From assembly GCA_003707115.1 (NCBI GenBank), contig PPNB01000003.1:248001-312000 (forward strand): a stretch of DNA of 64,000 bases, written 5' to 3'. Below are positions 1-9,773 of the stretch, in pieces. A model generated the notes under the pieces. The model ran no database searches and was not told the DNA's origin. It worked only from the letters and a program-made list of their open reading frames with translations. The stretch is from Tortispora ganteri. Lineage: Eukaryota. The position numbers were made by a program, and so were the translations under genes. How positions within the stretch are numbered: position 1 is the stretch's first letter; every line of letters begins with the position of its first letter.

Positions 1-2
1 AA

Positions 3-473
3 ACTTACAACCTCTTATGGGTATCGATATCTGACTATTACTGGAACAGCATTCAACCGTATGGCCAGTTGATTCCAGTAGATAATTTATTAAGATTGTA
101 TAATGAGCAAAATATCAGCGGATCATATAAATTGTTCAAGGCAATGCTTGAAGGCTGTCTTATTCAGAACGATTTCATTGGCACCATATTAGTGCTTGAA
201 CGCATGTTTATAAACACTAAGCTCCAGTTCAATACCGAAATAGCAAAGGATTTATTCTTCGTCATATGCGCCAATTCAAAGGTCGACAAAACTCACACAA
301 CAAAGAAAAAACGTTGGATTGATGTGCATACAAGACAAAGGGCACTTGAATTGCAGAAATATCCAATCAACGAATGGCAAGATCTCGCACTTATTCTTTA
401 CTTTGAATCTGGAATGGATTCAGAAGAATTTCAAAAAACGCTAGACCAGAGACGGGATCAGACCAATCCCTGA
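3..473 (+). CDS. C-terminal part of a helical-repeat protein, possibly a mitochondrial PPR protein; 5' truncated by the window edge
   Basis: The frame is open from base 3 (TYNLLWVSISDYYW...) to TGA at 471-473. Segments such as TYNLLW and LFKAMLEGCLIQNDFIGTILVLERM look PPR-like. Family call is tentative. Confidence 0.4.
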   Translation, partial: TYNLLWVSISDYYWNSIQPYGQLIPVDNLLRLYNEQNISGSYKLFKAMLEGCLIQNDFIGTILVLERMFINTKLQFNTEIAKDLFFVICANSKVDKTHTTKKKRWIDVHTRQRALELQKYPINEWQDLALILYFESGMDSEEFQKTLDQRRDQTNP

Positions 474-522
474 ATTTCATAACAAGCCCAAACCTGCGAT
501 TTTTCCGTTAGTTAATTCGTCT

Positions 523-885
523 TTATGATTCCTTGGGCGCACCTATACCTGACCGACCTGTTTTCATCTCGACATAAACAGGCGAAATCAATGAACCAGG
601 CTTCTCATTCTTACCTAGACTTTTGCCTTCAATATAACCCATGTTCTGCATAATCCTTGATCCTCTGCTCAGCTTCAATTGTTCTTCCTGGGCTTTTTGA
701 AACTTCATTTTTGACACTCTAGCCGACCTTCCGCCTACACTGCTGCTATTAATATTCTTAACAGGAAATTCCGAAGCAGGTCCATCCGGTAATGGCATCA
801 CCATATACTCTTCTACCACATCTGATGGCGAAGGCTCTAGATCTTCTTCGAGATCTTCAAGGTACGAATATTCATCATCTGACAT
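523..885 (-). CDS. Small G-patch domain protein (Cmg1/GPATCH11-like N-terminus)
   Basis: Acidic N-terminus, then the G-patch consensus SRGSRIMQNMGYIEGKSLGK...PV...GRSGIG. May have a 3' intron (see findings). Confidence 0.75.
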   Translation of the reverse strand: MSDDEYSYLEDLEEDLEPSPSDVVEEYMVMPLPDGPASEFPVKNINSSSVGGRSARVSKMKFQKAQEEQLKLSRGSRIMQNMGYIEGKSLGKNEKPGSLISPVYVEMKTGRSGIGAPKES

Positions 886-1123
886 CTGATACCTTGATCG
901 ATTGCACAGCTACGTTACATGAAGCAAAATTACAGCGCCAATAACCACTTGAATCGTTATGCACAAGGAAAAATAGATTCACCGACTTCGCCCAATGGAG
1001 TAACTGAACATCCGGGTAACTTAATTACTCAAAATCACCTGTACCATTAACTGTGTACACGTCTAACTACCTTCCACTTAACCTCACCCCCCTGAAAGGT
1101 TTTTGCATATAAACACTAGCTGA

Positions 1124-2626
1124 ATGCCACCGACTATTGAGTTTGTAGAGACCCCAAAGGCTGAAAAACAGCCAATTGCGTCCAATGACTGTGGCGTTTG
1201 GACTACAGATAGCCCGGCTATCAAGAATGCCCCCCTTCCGGCCGAGGGCCCTGGCAGCCGCGATTTCAACAACTATCTGTTGTTCGCTATACTGATAGGT
1301 GTTCCTACTGTACTGACCCGCTTTTTCGGTGGAGGCAAGCTTCTTTTTGGATTTTTTTTCCTGGTTAGCGTTCTGCCGCTCTTGATGGCCTACTGGCTTT
1401 TCCGCTCTTCAATGTCGCCAAGACTCAACGAGAAAGTGAAGTATCCTGGAAAACCGCTCACCGATTATATCAGTTTTAACGATAAAGAACTTGAGGAACA
1501 CTGGAAAGGATCGAAGATTCCCCTTCACACCTTCCAGGAACTGTATATTGATGGCAAGGTAGACTTCAAGGGTGACGCTTTGGATGTATTGGAATACAAG
1601 CACGATTGGGCCACATTCAGGTTCACATGGGGACTGTTCAAATATTTCCTGTTAGGAATGATCCCTGAAGTGATTATGCATTCTCGCTCACAGGATGAGG
1701 AACAGGTACGTGGTCACTATGACCGTGGTGACGATTTCTACTCTTTTTTTTTGGGTCCTCGAATGATATACACTTCGGGAATTATCGGCGACATCAATCG
1801 CGAAGAGACGCTGGAAGAACTACAGGACAATAAGCTCAATGTTGTTTGCGAGAAACTCGAATTGAAAGAAGGCGATACCCTACTTGATTTTGGATGCGGA
1901 TGGGGTACATTTGCTCGATACGCTTCTAAGCTGTATGGCGCCAAAGTCACTGGTATTACACTAGGACGTAATCAGACCAAATGGGGTAATGAACACTTGA
2001 AAGAGGATGGTATACCTGAAGAGCAGTCTAAAATTGTTTGTTGTGATTACCGCGACGCTCCTTTACCTGCTGATGGAACCAAGTACAACAAAATTTCTTG
2101 CCTCGAGATGGCCGAACATGTTGGTGTACGCAAATTTGGAAAGTTTATTGCCCAGGTTTATGACATGCTTGATGACGATGGAATTTTTTTCTTACAGTAT
2201 GCTGGATTGCGTAAATACTGGCAATATGAAGATTTGAACTGGGGATTATTCATGAACCAGTACATTTTCCCTGGCGCCGATGCATCCACCCCGCTCGGAT
2301 GGGTTATTGACAAGCTTGAAGGAGCTGGATTTGAGGTGGCTTCAGTTGACACTATTGGAGTTCATTATTCTGCGACACTTTGGCGCTGGTACCGCAACTG
2401 GTTGGCCAATGAAACCAAAATCAAGGAACGATATGGCGCCAGGTGGTTTCGCATCTGGAAATTCTTTTTAGCCACTGCAACCATTGTAGCTAGACAAGGA
2501 GGTGCCACTTGCTTCCAGATTGTTCTAAGAAAGAACTTGAATGCTAAGCACAGAATTTTGTCTGTGCCTCACCAATATGGACTGCAAGTTCCTAAACCAG
2601 CCAAAATCAATTCTTGGCAAGGGTAA
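1124..2626 (+). CDS. MTS1: Sphingolipid C9-methyltransferase (cyclopropane fatty acid synthase family)
   Basis: Two N-terminal TM segments, HYDRGDDFY, MIYTSG, SAM motif LDFGCGWG, CLEMAEHVG, YIFPG. Confidence 0.92.
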   Translation: MPPTIEFVETPKAEKQPIASNDCGVWTTDSPAIKNAPLPAEGPGSRDFNNYLLFAILIGVPTVLTRFFGGGKLLFGFFFLVSVLPLLMAYWLFRSSMSPRLNEKVKYPGKPLTDYISFNDKELEEHWKGSKIPLHTFQELYIDGKVDFKGDALDVLEYKHDWATFRFTWGLFKYFLLGMIPEVIMHSRSQDEEQVRGHYDRGDDFYSFFLGPRMIYTSGIIGDINREETLEELQDNKLNVVCEKLELKEGDTLLDFGCGWGTFARYASKLYGAKVTGITLGRNQTKWGNEHLKEDGIPEEQSKIVCCDYRDAPLPADGTKYNKISCLEMAEHVGVRKFGKFIAQVYDMLDDDGIFFLQYAGLRKYWQYEDLNWGLFMNQYIFPGADASTPLGWVIDKLEGAGFEVASVDTIGVHYSATLWRWYRNWLANETKIKERYGARWFRIWKFFLATATIVARQGGATCFQIVLRKNLNAKHRILSVPHQYGLQVPKPAKINSWQG

Positions 2627-2719
2627 GATACGAGGGGCTTTGCTTGTAGATATGACTGCAATAATTCGCTACACATACATTACTTAAAGAAGGGCTAATA
2701 ATATTCATATGTCTTGTCA

Positions 2720-3283
2720 TTAAAATGCGTCGGGGAGTCTTTCTATGACGTAAGTTTTTGCACCAACGCTCATCAGAGGCACACCTGGTATTTTCCGTAG
2801 CCGTCGCTTTAGATCCGCATCGTTTGTGGCAACGATATAACATCTGTGTTGAGTTACCCTACTAACAATGCAGTCATCTGCGTATGTGCCTTTGTGAGAA
2901 CATTTAAGTCGAGAGAATCGTGGGTCTTTTGCTATCCTTAAAGCGATTCTGTACTTAGGACCGAGTTTCTCCAGCTCAGCCATTACACAATCTGTAATTG
3001 TAGGTATGCATTTCGCATATAAACAGTCCATCATTGCCTGAACAAGATCAAGCTTCTTTTGGATAGAAAAATTTATAAAATTCGTATCCACAATGACCTG
3101 GTAAGGTGGACTGAGGGCCTGATTAAACTGGAAAAACAGGGCTGACGGCGCCTTTGGTACCTCTTTGACCAACTCTTTATCCTTCTGCACATTTTCCTGT
3201 TTGCCTTTTTTCAGTCGTTGGTCTTTATGTGACATAATTCGCTTAACTGCAGCAAATTTTCGAGTCTTTTTCGCTTTTCCCAT
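2720..3283 (-). CDS. FCF1: rRNA-processing PIN nuclease Fcf1/Utp24
   Basis: MGKAKKTRKFAAVKR start, VIVDTNFINFS, HKGTYADDC, IVATNDADLKRRLRKIPGVP. Confidence 0.97.
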   Translation of the reverse strand: MGKAKKTRKFAAVKRIMSHKDQRLKKGKQENVQKDKELVKEVPKAPSALFFQFNQALSPPYQVIVDTNFINFSIQKKLDLVQAMMDCLYAKCIPTITDCVMAELEKLGPKYRIALRIAKDPRFSRLKCSHKGTYADDCIVSRVTQHRCYIVATNDADLKRRLRKIPGVPLMSVGAKTYVIERLPDAF

Positions 3284-3500
3284 ATTTGATTTATCGATCG
3301 CTAAGTTTTTTTCGTTGAATGCATGGTCATCAGAAATTTATTTGTGCTGCTTCAGACGGGTGGCTGCGAAAACTTGGGACTTTCCTTTTTTGGAACTAAT
3401 TCCAGAAGAGAGAAAAACCACAGAAAGAGGACCCCTTTATCCACTCACACTTCCAAACAACTTTTGAACTCGCTCGTTTTGCACTTTGATTACTCCGAAG

Positions 3501-4298
3501 ATGTTACCCGAAGGTACAGTCGTTCGCTACAAGCGACAGAACGACGAAGTAGACAATACATCTGAAACTGACCAAACAACTACTCCGGATAGAAACACAG
3601 CCACAGAAAACACAGAAAACACAGAAACAACAACTGCAACACCTGCAAATATGCCTGCACTAACCACTTCACAAGCAGGTATAACCACTATAAACTCGAT
3701 GCCTCAACTGCCGTCAACACGTGTGTCACTACCTGCTCTGCCTTCAACCTCAATAACATACTCTATACCTGCAGCAACTGTACCACCGACCAGCAATAAT
3801 CCTTTTCTTCAACAGAGCCCTAATCCTTCTGGTACAGTGTTTATTGCTGTAGGTGGAATAATAGGCGGTCTTTTCTTGGCTGTGCTGGCGTGGCAAATCG
3901 CTGCATATTGCATAATGCGAAAGCAGGTAAGAGCTAATGAGGATACTGATTTCAAGGAAGAGCTCAAACCTTTGAACGTTCCTTTTGAGTATCAGGATAA
4001 CCATAATGATAACCAAACCGACAAAGCATCATCGGAAAGGCTACCTCGACCGCTAACTGAGAGTGGAAATAGGGCTAGTCTGTACTACTCCCCCATGGCC
4101 GACGTGATATCTGGAGCGGGTACATCGAACATCTCAGGACTCTCTCAGTCTCGTCCAGGCAGTCGTGCGCTATCTATGGGCCCGCGCAACTCAGTTTACG
4201 ACACCCACCGTTCCATATATGATGGTAGACCACTTTCTTTCACTTCCAGACCCTCTAACACCGGTTACGAAATGGACCCCGTGTATAGAAACTCATAA
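3501..4298 (+). CDS. Single-pass Ser/Thr-rich membrane protein, Csi2/Prm5/YNL058C-like
   Basis: Thr-rich N-half, then VPPTSNNPFLQQSPNPSGTVFIAVGGIIGGLFLAVLAW, a family-typical motif plus TM helix. First in-frame ATG is at 3501. Confidence 0.7.
   Translation: MLPEGTVVRYKRQNDEVDNTSETDQTTTPDRNTATENTENTETTTATPANMPALTTSQAGITTINSMPQLPSTRVSLPALPSTSITYSIPAATVPPTSNNPFLQQSPNPSGTVFIAVGGIIGGLFLAVLAWQIAAYCIMRKQVRANEDTDFKEELKPLNVPFEYQDNHNDNQTDKASSERLPRPLTESGNRASLYYSPMADVISGAGTSNISGLSQSRPGSRALSMGPRNSVYDTHRSIYDGRPLSFTSRPSNTGYEMDPVYRNS
3603..3628 (+). repeat. Coding 9-bp tandem repeat, about (ACAGAAAAC)x3, encoding TENTENTE
   Basis: Read directly from the sequence. Confidence 0.7.
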
Positions 4299-4317
4299 TA
4301 AAGTTTCTTTCTGTTGT

Positions 4318-5628
4318 TCATTTAGACTGTGAAGACATTTGCGCGTCCAGTTTTGCACCAATAGCATCTAGGTCAAATGGCTTAGCCTCATTTTTATTAC
4401 TGTTGACCCTAGCTTGTAGACCCTTAGACATCCTTGCTCGTGTACGATTATCCACCGCAAGCATCCGTGCATTGCCTGTCGTAGACAGCGCTGAAGCTGA
4501 CGTGAGCATACCCAGTCCTATAGACTCGTCACCTGCTCCCTGTAGTTCAATCTCGGGTTTACCAAATTCGATTCTATTTTGTGCGCGGCGTACATCTGTC
4601 ATAGCGAACTGTTCCTTGTACTTGCGGAACCGTCTGCCGCCGCGTCGCTTGGATTTTTTCTCCTCCGGCACGGGCAGCGCCTTGACGTTCGCTGTTCCTG
4701 AAGGTTTCATCAACTTATCGAGGCGTGATTCGACATCTGCCAGCATTTTCCGTCCCGCAGACCCGTCGCGGTCTACGTTTGCTAAGTCGAGGCGCGACGC
4801 TAGGCTGACTTTCGCGGCAATGATTCGCAGAGCCTGTTTCCTGAAGTCTTTCGGAACACTCTGCACTAGCGAAGTGAAATACAAAAATCCCTGCTGCCGT
4901 ATGCCCGTATAGCCAAAACCTAGGCCGATCTGTCGCTTGTTGCCCAACGCAGGCAAGTTGCAGGCGGGAGACCGTGCGAGCGCGGCCAGACCACCAGTAA
5001 CGCCGAGCATCTGGGCGGCAGCGTGCGGTCCTATTAGTGCAGATGTGTTGGGGGCGATTATATCCATTTTGGAAGAGACGTAGGTTACAAAGAGGTCTCT
5101 AGCTTGATCCAACGCTTGGACAAGTTGGCAAGCGTCGTCGATTGCACGCCACGATTCTTCAGATAATGGTGGCGTGTCTGTACGGGCAGCTGTCATCAAA
5201 ATAACTATTGATTTTGATTTGATCAGAACCTGATCGAGTTTGTCGCTATCTATTCTGCTAAGATCATTGCCAATAATGGATACAACTTTGACGTAATCTA
5301 GTGGTGTAAGGTCCAGCGACGCAAGATCTGGAAATCGTTGACTGTATTGGCCCTCTACGAACTTCGACAGCAGAACAATTTCGTTGTCAATATCAGGGAT
5401 TCTTGAATTTGCCTCAACAACTAGAGAATGGTCTAGATCAGAACCTTCTACCATACTGATGACCTGGTCCAATGTCGGCTGAATGTCGTTCCATAATTTC
5501 GAGACATTGTTTATGTTTTTTATTGATCTAAAATCTATCTCTTCTATATTTTCAGGCAAAACTTCGGTTTGGTCATCTAAAACTTCAGTAGATTCGAAAT
5601 CGGCCAATAACTCATCCGCTAATGACAT
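4318..5628 (-). CDS. PRP31: U4/U6 snRNP splicing factor Prp31
   Basis: MSLADELLADF start, Nop domain (IAPNTSALIG, PACNLPALG, AAKVSLASRLD), KALPVP, KRRGGRRFRKYKE, QNRIEFG. Confidence 0.95.
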   Translation of the reverse strand: MSLADELLADFESTEVLDDQTEVLPENIEEIDFRSIKNINNVSKLWNDIQPTLDQVISMVEGSDLDHSLVVEANSRIPDIDNEIVLLSKFVEGQYSQRFPDLASLDLTPLDYVKVVSIIGNDLSRIDSDKLDQVLIKSKSIVILMTAARTDTPPLSEESWRAIDDACQLVQALDQARDLFVTYVSSKMDIIAPNTSALIGPHAAAQMLGVTGGLAALARSPACNLPALGNKRQIGLGFGYTGIRQQGFLYFTSLVQSVPKDFRKQALRIIAAKVSLASRLDLANVDRDGSAGRKMLADVESRLDKLMKPSGTANVKALPVPEEKKSKRRGGRRFRKYKEQFAMTDVRRAQNRIEFGKPEIELQGAGDESIGLGMLTSASALSTTGNARMLAVDNRTRARMSKGLQARVNSNKNEAKPFDLDAIGAKLDAQMSSQSK

Positions 5629-5656
5629 GACTTGTCGAAATCTAAACTTCGATGCA

Positions 5657-6295
5657 ATGGATAAAGAATATACACATGTACATCAAGTCTACGACAAAAT
5701 AGCAACCCATTTTTCTAATACAAGGTATAAACCATGGCCGCAAGTAAGTAAATATTTAAATACATTACCGAAAGGATCAATCGGAGCAGATATTGGTTGT
5801 GGTAATGGAAAATACTTCACTTGCAGCCCGAACATTGTTATTGGTAGCGATAGAAGTGTCGAATTAACAAAAATCGCCCATAATCGCTCAGTCTCTACAT
5901 ACAGCGATGCATTTGTTTGCGATATGCTCAACATGCCCTATAGAAAGGCCTCCCTAGACTTCGCCATATCCATAGCAGCTATACACCATATCTCCACACA
6001 AGACCGCCGAGTTCAAGCTATCAAGAACATACTGGCGGTGCTAACGCCAAATGGCACTGCTCTACTTTACGTCTGGGCTAAAGAACAAAAAAATAAGAAG
6101 ATCCAGCCCGAGGATCCTGACGACCTCGATGTCATGGTCCCCTGGACGACTCCAGATGGTTTAACGTATTCCAGGTACTACCATTTATACCGTGAAGGCG
6201 ATATAAATATCGAGATTGAGCTTGCCGGTGGCAAATTGATCGAATCTGGTTACGAAAGTGACAACCATTGGGCGGTGATAACTCATGCAATTTGA
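5657..6295 (+). CDS. TRM9: tRNA wobble-uridine methyltransferase Trm9
   Basis: HVHQVYDKIATHFSNTRYKPWP, DIGCGNGKY, DFAISIAAIHH, VMVPW, YSRYYHLY, DNHW. Start is ATG 5657, or the in-frame ATG at 5627. Confidence 0.93.
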   Translation: MDKEYTHVHQVYDKIATHFSNTRYKPWPQVSKYLNTLPKGSIGADIGCGNGKYFTCSPNIVIGSDRSVELTKIAHNRSVSTYSDAFVCDMLNMPYRKASLDFAISIAAIHHISTQDRRVQAIKNILAVLTPNGTALLYVWAKEQKNKKIQPEDPDDLDVMVPWTTPDGLTYSRYYHLYREGDINIEIELAGGKLIESGYESDNHWAVITHAI

Positions 6296-6339
6296 CCGGA
6301 CTGTTCACACCTTTCGACATATCTACACTTGCCACTGTT

Positions 6340-7020
6340 ATGACTGTCATACCTATAAATATCCGGTCTCAATTCGCAAACGACGAAAAAAGAATTGATT
6401 TAACATGGTCAATAAACCAGTTAAAGTCAAAAATGGAATTCATCACAGGAATTCCGCCAGCAAAACAACAATTGGCCCTCGTTCACGAAAATACCACAGC
6501 TACTCCACTCAATGATGCCAATCGTACCCTCCAGTCATATAATTTAACCCCTTACTCTACTATCGAAATTACAAGTACCGAAGGTGAACTGGACCTCGGC
6601 CATTACTCTGACAAAATTGCTCTCAGAATGTCTGACGAACAGTACCAAACGCGTCAAGACACAGTCCTCGCATATAAACGCGAACATCATGTAGGTAGAT
6701 TCGCGACCTCTGATATCCGCCAGCAAAAAGAACAGATGATAATAGACCAATCGAACAAACTTGCCGCCAAAATATCGCTCAACCAAAAATGCATGGTCGA
6801 TGAAAGAATCGGTACTGTCGCCTATATAGGCACAGTCGAAGAAATAGGACCCGGCTCCTGGATCGGCATCTCTTTTGACCTCCCTGTCGGAAAAAATAAT
6901 GGATCAATAAATGGTCATCAGTATTTTGAATGTCTTCCCAACCATGGGTCGTTCGTACGGCCCGACAGACTCAGCTTCGACCTCCCTGAGCCAATCTCAA
7001 ACGATCTCGATGAAATTTAA
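6340..7020 (+). CDS. ALF1: Tubulin-folding cofactor B (UBL plus CAP-Gly)
   Basis: Ubiquitin-like N-domain (LKSKMEFITGIPP), YQTRQDTVLAYKR, CAP-Gly WIGISFDLPVGKNNGS...YFEC...GSFVRP, C-terminal DLDEI. First ATG is at 6340. Confidence 0.92.
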   Translation: MTVIPINIRSQFANDEKRIDLTWSINQLKSKMEFITGIPPAKQQLALVHENTTATPLNDANRTLQSYNLTPYSTIEITSTEGELDLGHYSDKIALRMSDEQYQTRQDTVLAYKREHHVGRFATSDIRQQKEQMIIDQSNKLAAKISLNQKCMVDERIGTVAYIGTVEEIGPGSWIGISFDLPVGKNNGSINGHQYFECLPNHGSFVRPDRLSFDLPEPISNDLDEI

Positions 7021-7144
7021 ACTACTCTTAATGTGCACCAATATTGAGTCTTTAACAAAGATATCAAATTGTTCTAAAAATACACTCTCTTTGACTTCCC
7101 GTCTGCTTTCTTTGTGCTCAATTTCCTGACGTATATCGTGGTTC

Positions 7145-9160
7145 TTATGCAGCTACTTTCTTAGCTTGCCCTACACCTTGTTTCGTCTTCTCGTTCACGG
7201 TTTCAGGCGCTTGTAATGGATTCTCAATATTGTCCATAGTATTGGTCCCATGAACATAAAACAATTCACTCATTTCAGAGCTCATAGACTGTAAGCTGTA
7301 TACATGGTTCCTCGGAATCCAGAAAGAACAGCCTGGAGTAGCAACAAATACATTATCCTCCATAGACACCTGAACCGCACCGGTCAACACACAAAAAAAC
7401 ATTGAATCCAATTTCGTAGATCTTCCTGGTTTGAACCCTTGCGGCTTGAGAGCCATATATCCTCCAGCGATGAAGCCGTCGTCTTCATATGTTCGCGCCA
7501 CGCCAACATCTGTATCATTAAAGTCATAAGAAACCGACCCTTTAGCATATGCTATAGATTTCATGCTCATAACTTCAGGATTATAAAAGCTCTTGACAGA
7601 AGTAGTCACGCTACCATCTTCCATATAATTATTTTCTGCGTCATTGAATGCAAGTTCTATCTCTGCAGGATCTAGTTTTCGTCGAGTAGATGTGTTGCGT
7701 TTAGGTGGAGCAGTTTTGCGTTTGCGTGGTTTCGGCAGAGGAGATTCAATATGTATCACTTCACGAACAATAGGAACAGGCACATTATTCTCTTGAATTA
7801 AATCATACTCAATTCTTTCATTTTTCCAGAACTTGACAGGTGCGTTATGATGTCGAGATGACCGCCTTAGCCCATGTGCCTGTCCCGTCTCGGCTTTGGA
7901 CAATTTGCGAGCGCCAATTAGTTGTCCCAGAGATCTATGCACTGGGGTTGCAATAGAATCTCGCATTGAAAAGGGTGTACGCTCTGACCCTAATGTTGCA
8001 GGAGAATTCGTTCTTTCAGTAGTGAGCCCTGGCGTGTGAGGCTCGAAGCGATGAGTCGCAGGGGTAGATGCAAAAGTCGACTGAGAAGCCGTACCATTGG
8101 ATACATTCCCTTGATAATCATCGTCACTAATTAGAGAGTCTTCTTCCTCTACGTCAGGCTGTGTGACATGTTGTGTGGAAACAGAGTCAACTGTATCTGC
8201 AGTATTGTCGTTTTGCTCATCAATATCAGCAACAGTAGATTGCAATGATAGCTGGCTCTGTGTAGTTGGAGCATATACGTTTTGTGTAGTTACCTCTTCA
8301 ACCTGAAGTTCATCTTTGTCGATGGATATATCCTCGACAATGTTATCGGGTTCATCAAATTTGTCGTTCTGAGGAGCAAGGTGGTCAGATAGGACATCGT
8401 TCGCAATAATGTCAGTTGAAGTCGGTTCACGTTCATGTTGAGCTTCTGGCAAGTCATTATTCTGAATAGATATGTGCTCCATTTCCAAAGAAGCAGAAGG
8501 TTTGGCGGATTCAATTTCGTTCTTGCCAAAAGATTTTTTAGAATTGGTTAGAGAGCTTCGGCGGATTTGAGAAGCACGGACAGGCGTTTCAGACATTTCC
8601 GCTGAAGGCGTTTGGGCATTGTTCTCCTTGTCAGAGGCATTGGACTGCAGCGAGTAAGCGTCAAGGTTACTTACGTCCACTTTAAACGATGTGGGGGTAT
8701 TGTACTTGTCTGGAGAAGGAACAGGACGAGATGCAGGTAACTGTCTTTTTTGTAATGCTGAAGAGCGATCGACTGAGCTCGGCCCGTTATATTTAGCACT
8801 TGTTACCAGTTCGTTGGTAGGATTCGATACGGGACGAGGAGCGGTGAACGGAGTGACTTTGCTGAGGCTGGACTGCTTGGATGGAGCTACCTTCGGAGTG
8901 GCGCGATTCGTAGGGGTATTCGGGCTCGTCCTAGATTCATGGACAATCACTAATCCAGGAGAACTAGATTCTGCTGTACTAGCGGTTGATTTCCTACCTT
9001 GAGGGCTAAAGTAGTCTTTCAGTGATTCAAGACCGTAATCATCTTTTGGAACGTTGACAGGTGCTTTCCAGCCTGTGCGTCTACCCTCTTCCCCCAAGGC
9101 AAAATGCATGGTCGGACGATGTGCACCTGGTCTACGATTTCTGGTTCTGCTCGCTGGCAT
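7145..9160 (-). CDS. MIF2: Kinetochore protein Mif2/CENP-C
   Basis: N-terminal GRRTG...KDDYGLE..DYFS, CENP-C motif LRRSSRHHNAPVKFWKNERIEY, C-terminal cupin (FFCVLTGAVQV...FWIPRNHVYSL). Confidence 0.9.
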   Translation of the reverse strand: MPASRTRNRRPGAHRPTMHFALGEEGRRTGWKAPVNVPKDDYGLESLKDYFSPQGRKSTASTAESSSPGLVIVHESRTSPNTPTNRATPKVAPSKQSSLSKVTPFTAPRPVSNPTNELVTSAKYNGPSSVDRSSALQKRQLPASRPVPSPDKYNTPTSFKVDVSNLDAYSLQSNASDKENNAQTPSAEMSETPVRASQIRRSSLTNSKKSFGKNEIESAKPSASLEMEHISIQNNDLPEAQHEREPTSTDIIANDVLSDHLAPQNDKFDEPDNIVEDISIDKDELQVEEVTTQNVYAPTTQSQLSLQSTVADIDEQNDNTADTVDSVSTQHVTQPDVEEEDSLISDDDYQGNVSNGTASQSTFASTPATHRFEPHTPGLTTERTNSPATLGSERTPFSMRDSIATPVHRSLGQLIGARKLSKAETGQAHGLRRSSRHHNAPVKFWKNERIEYDLIQENNVPVPIVREVIHIESPLPKPRKRKTAPPKRNTSTRRKLDPAEIELAFNDAENNYMEDGSVTTSVKSFYNPEVMSMKSIAYAKGSVSYDFNDTDVGVARTYEDDGFIAGGYMALKPQGFKPGRSTKLDSMFFCVLTGAVQVSMEDNVFVATPGCSFWIPRNHVYSLQSMSSEMSELFYVHGTNTMDNIENPLQAPETVNEKTKQGVGQAKKVAA

Positions 9161-9643
9161 TTTATAAAATAATATACCTCACAGGCAACTGTTATTGGTT
9201 TAAGAGCGACAAGAAATAGACGGAAAAGTCAAGGCCTGCCTTGTCTACGTTTGTGTACAAGTTTGTTTACTGGGAGTTAGATTCATTTGTTGTTTTAGGC
9301 AAGAACCCTAACCTTGATGTATTAATGTCATCTCGCAAATCACCATGCTGCATCTTTACTTTCGACTTGGTCTCTAAATTTCAGCTAAATTTGCTATTAT
9401 ATTGTTGATTTTGTTGTTATAGAGATATGTGAGCTACGAAGTGGGTATAGCTGCCGCTATTCAAAGAATGGTCGTAGTGTTGCAGCTCGTCCTGAAAGCT
9501 CTAGGGTCTTGACCAAATAGAGTCCATAAACACAAAGCATCTACATTTAGAAACGATCTTAATGTACTCTCCTGATGCATGAAATGTATTTTCTATTCTC
9601 TTAGAGCAGATTGAATGCAATATAATAGACATCATTTAGACAG

Positions 9644-9663
9644 GTTCTAGTAGGTTCTAGATT
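9644..9663 (+). promoter_or_regulatory. Putative heat-shock element upstream of HSP78
   Basis: TTC-ta-GTA-gg-TTC-ta-GAT: four correctly spaced alternating nGAAn units with two mismatches, about 110 bp before the ATG of a heat-shock gene. Confidence 0.45.
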
Positions 9664-9773
9664 GAACCGCCGAACCACATTAGGCAATTCCCAATTAACT
9701 CCCGGACCGGTATTCTTGTACTATATATATTTGAGACGATATCCGGTAGTGGATAGTACATGTTAAGCAATCT

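Noticed and set aside
4403..4912. 169-aa ORF antisense to PRP31, representative of many shadow ORFs in HSP78, the PLBs, the ALDH and ATG7
   Set aside because: These lie opposite or out of frame within well-supported genes and have no recognisable motifs.
5483..5626. N-terminal extension of TRM9 shown in the ORF track
   Set aside because: It is antisense to the PRP31 CDS and precedes the region where Trm9 homology begins.
6262..6342. Possible TRM9-ALF1 frameshift fusion (the frames overlap at 6262-6295)
   Set aside because: No slippery sequence is evident, and both proteins are complete on their own.
9304..9313. Isolated AACCCTAACC/TTAGGG telomere-like words (also near 26085, 27870 and 35172)
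   Set aside because: Single copies only, not a telomeric array. At most Tbf1-type sites.
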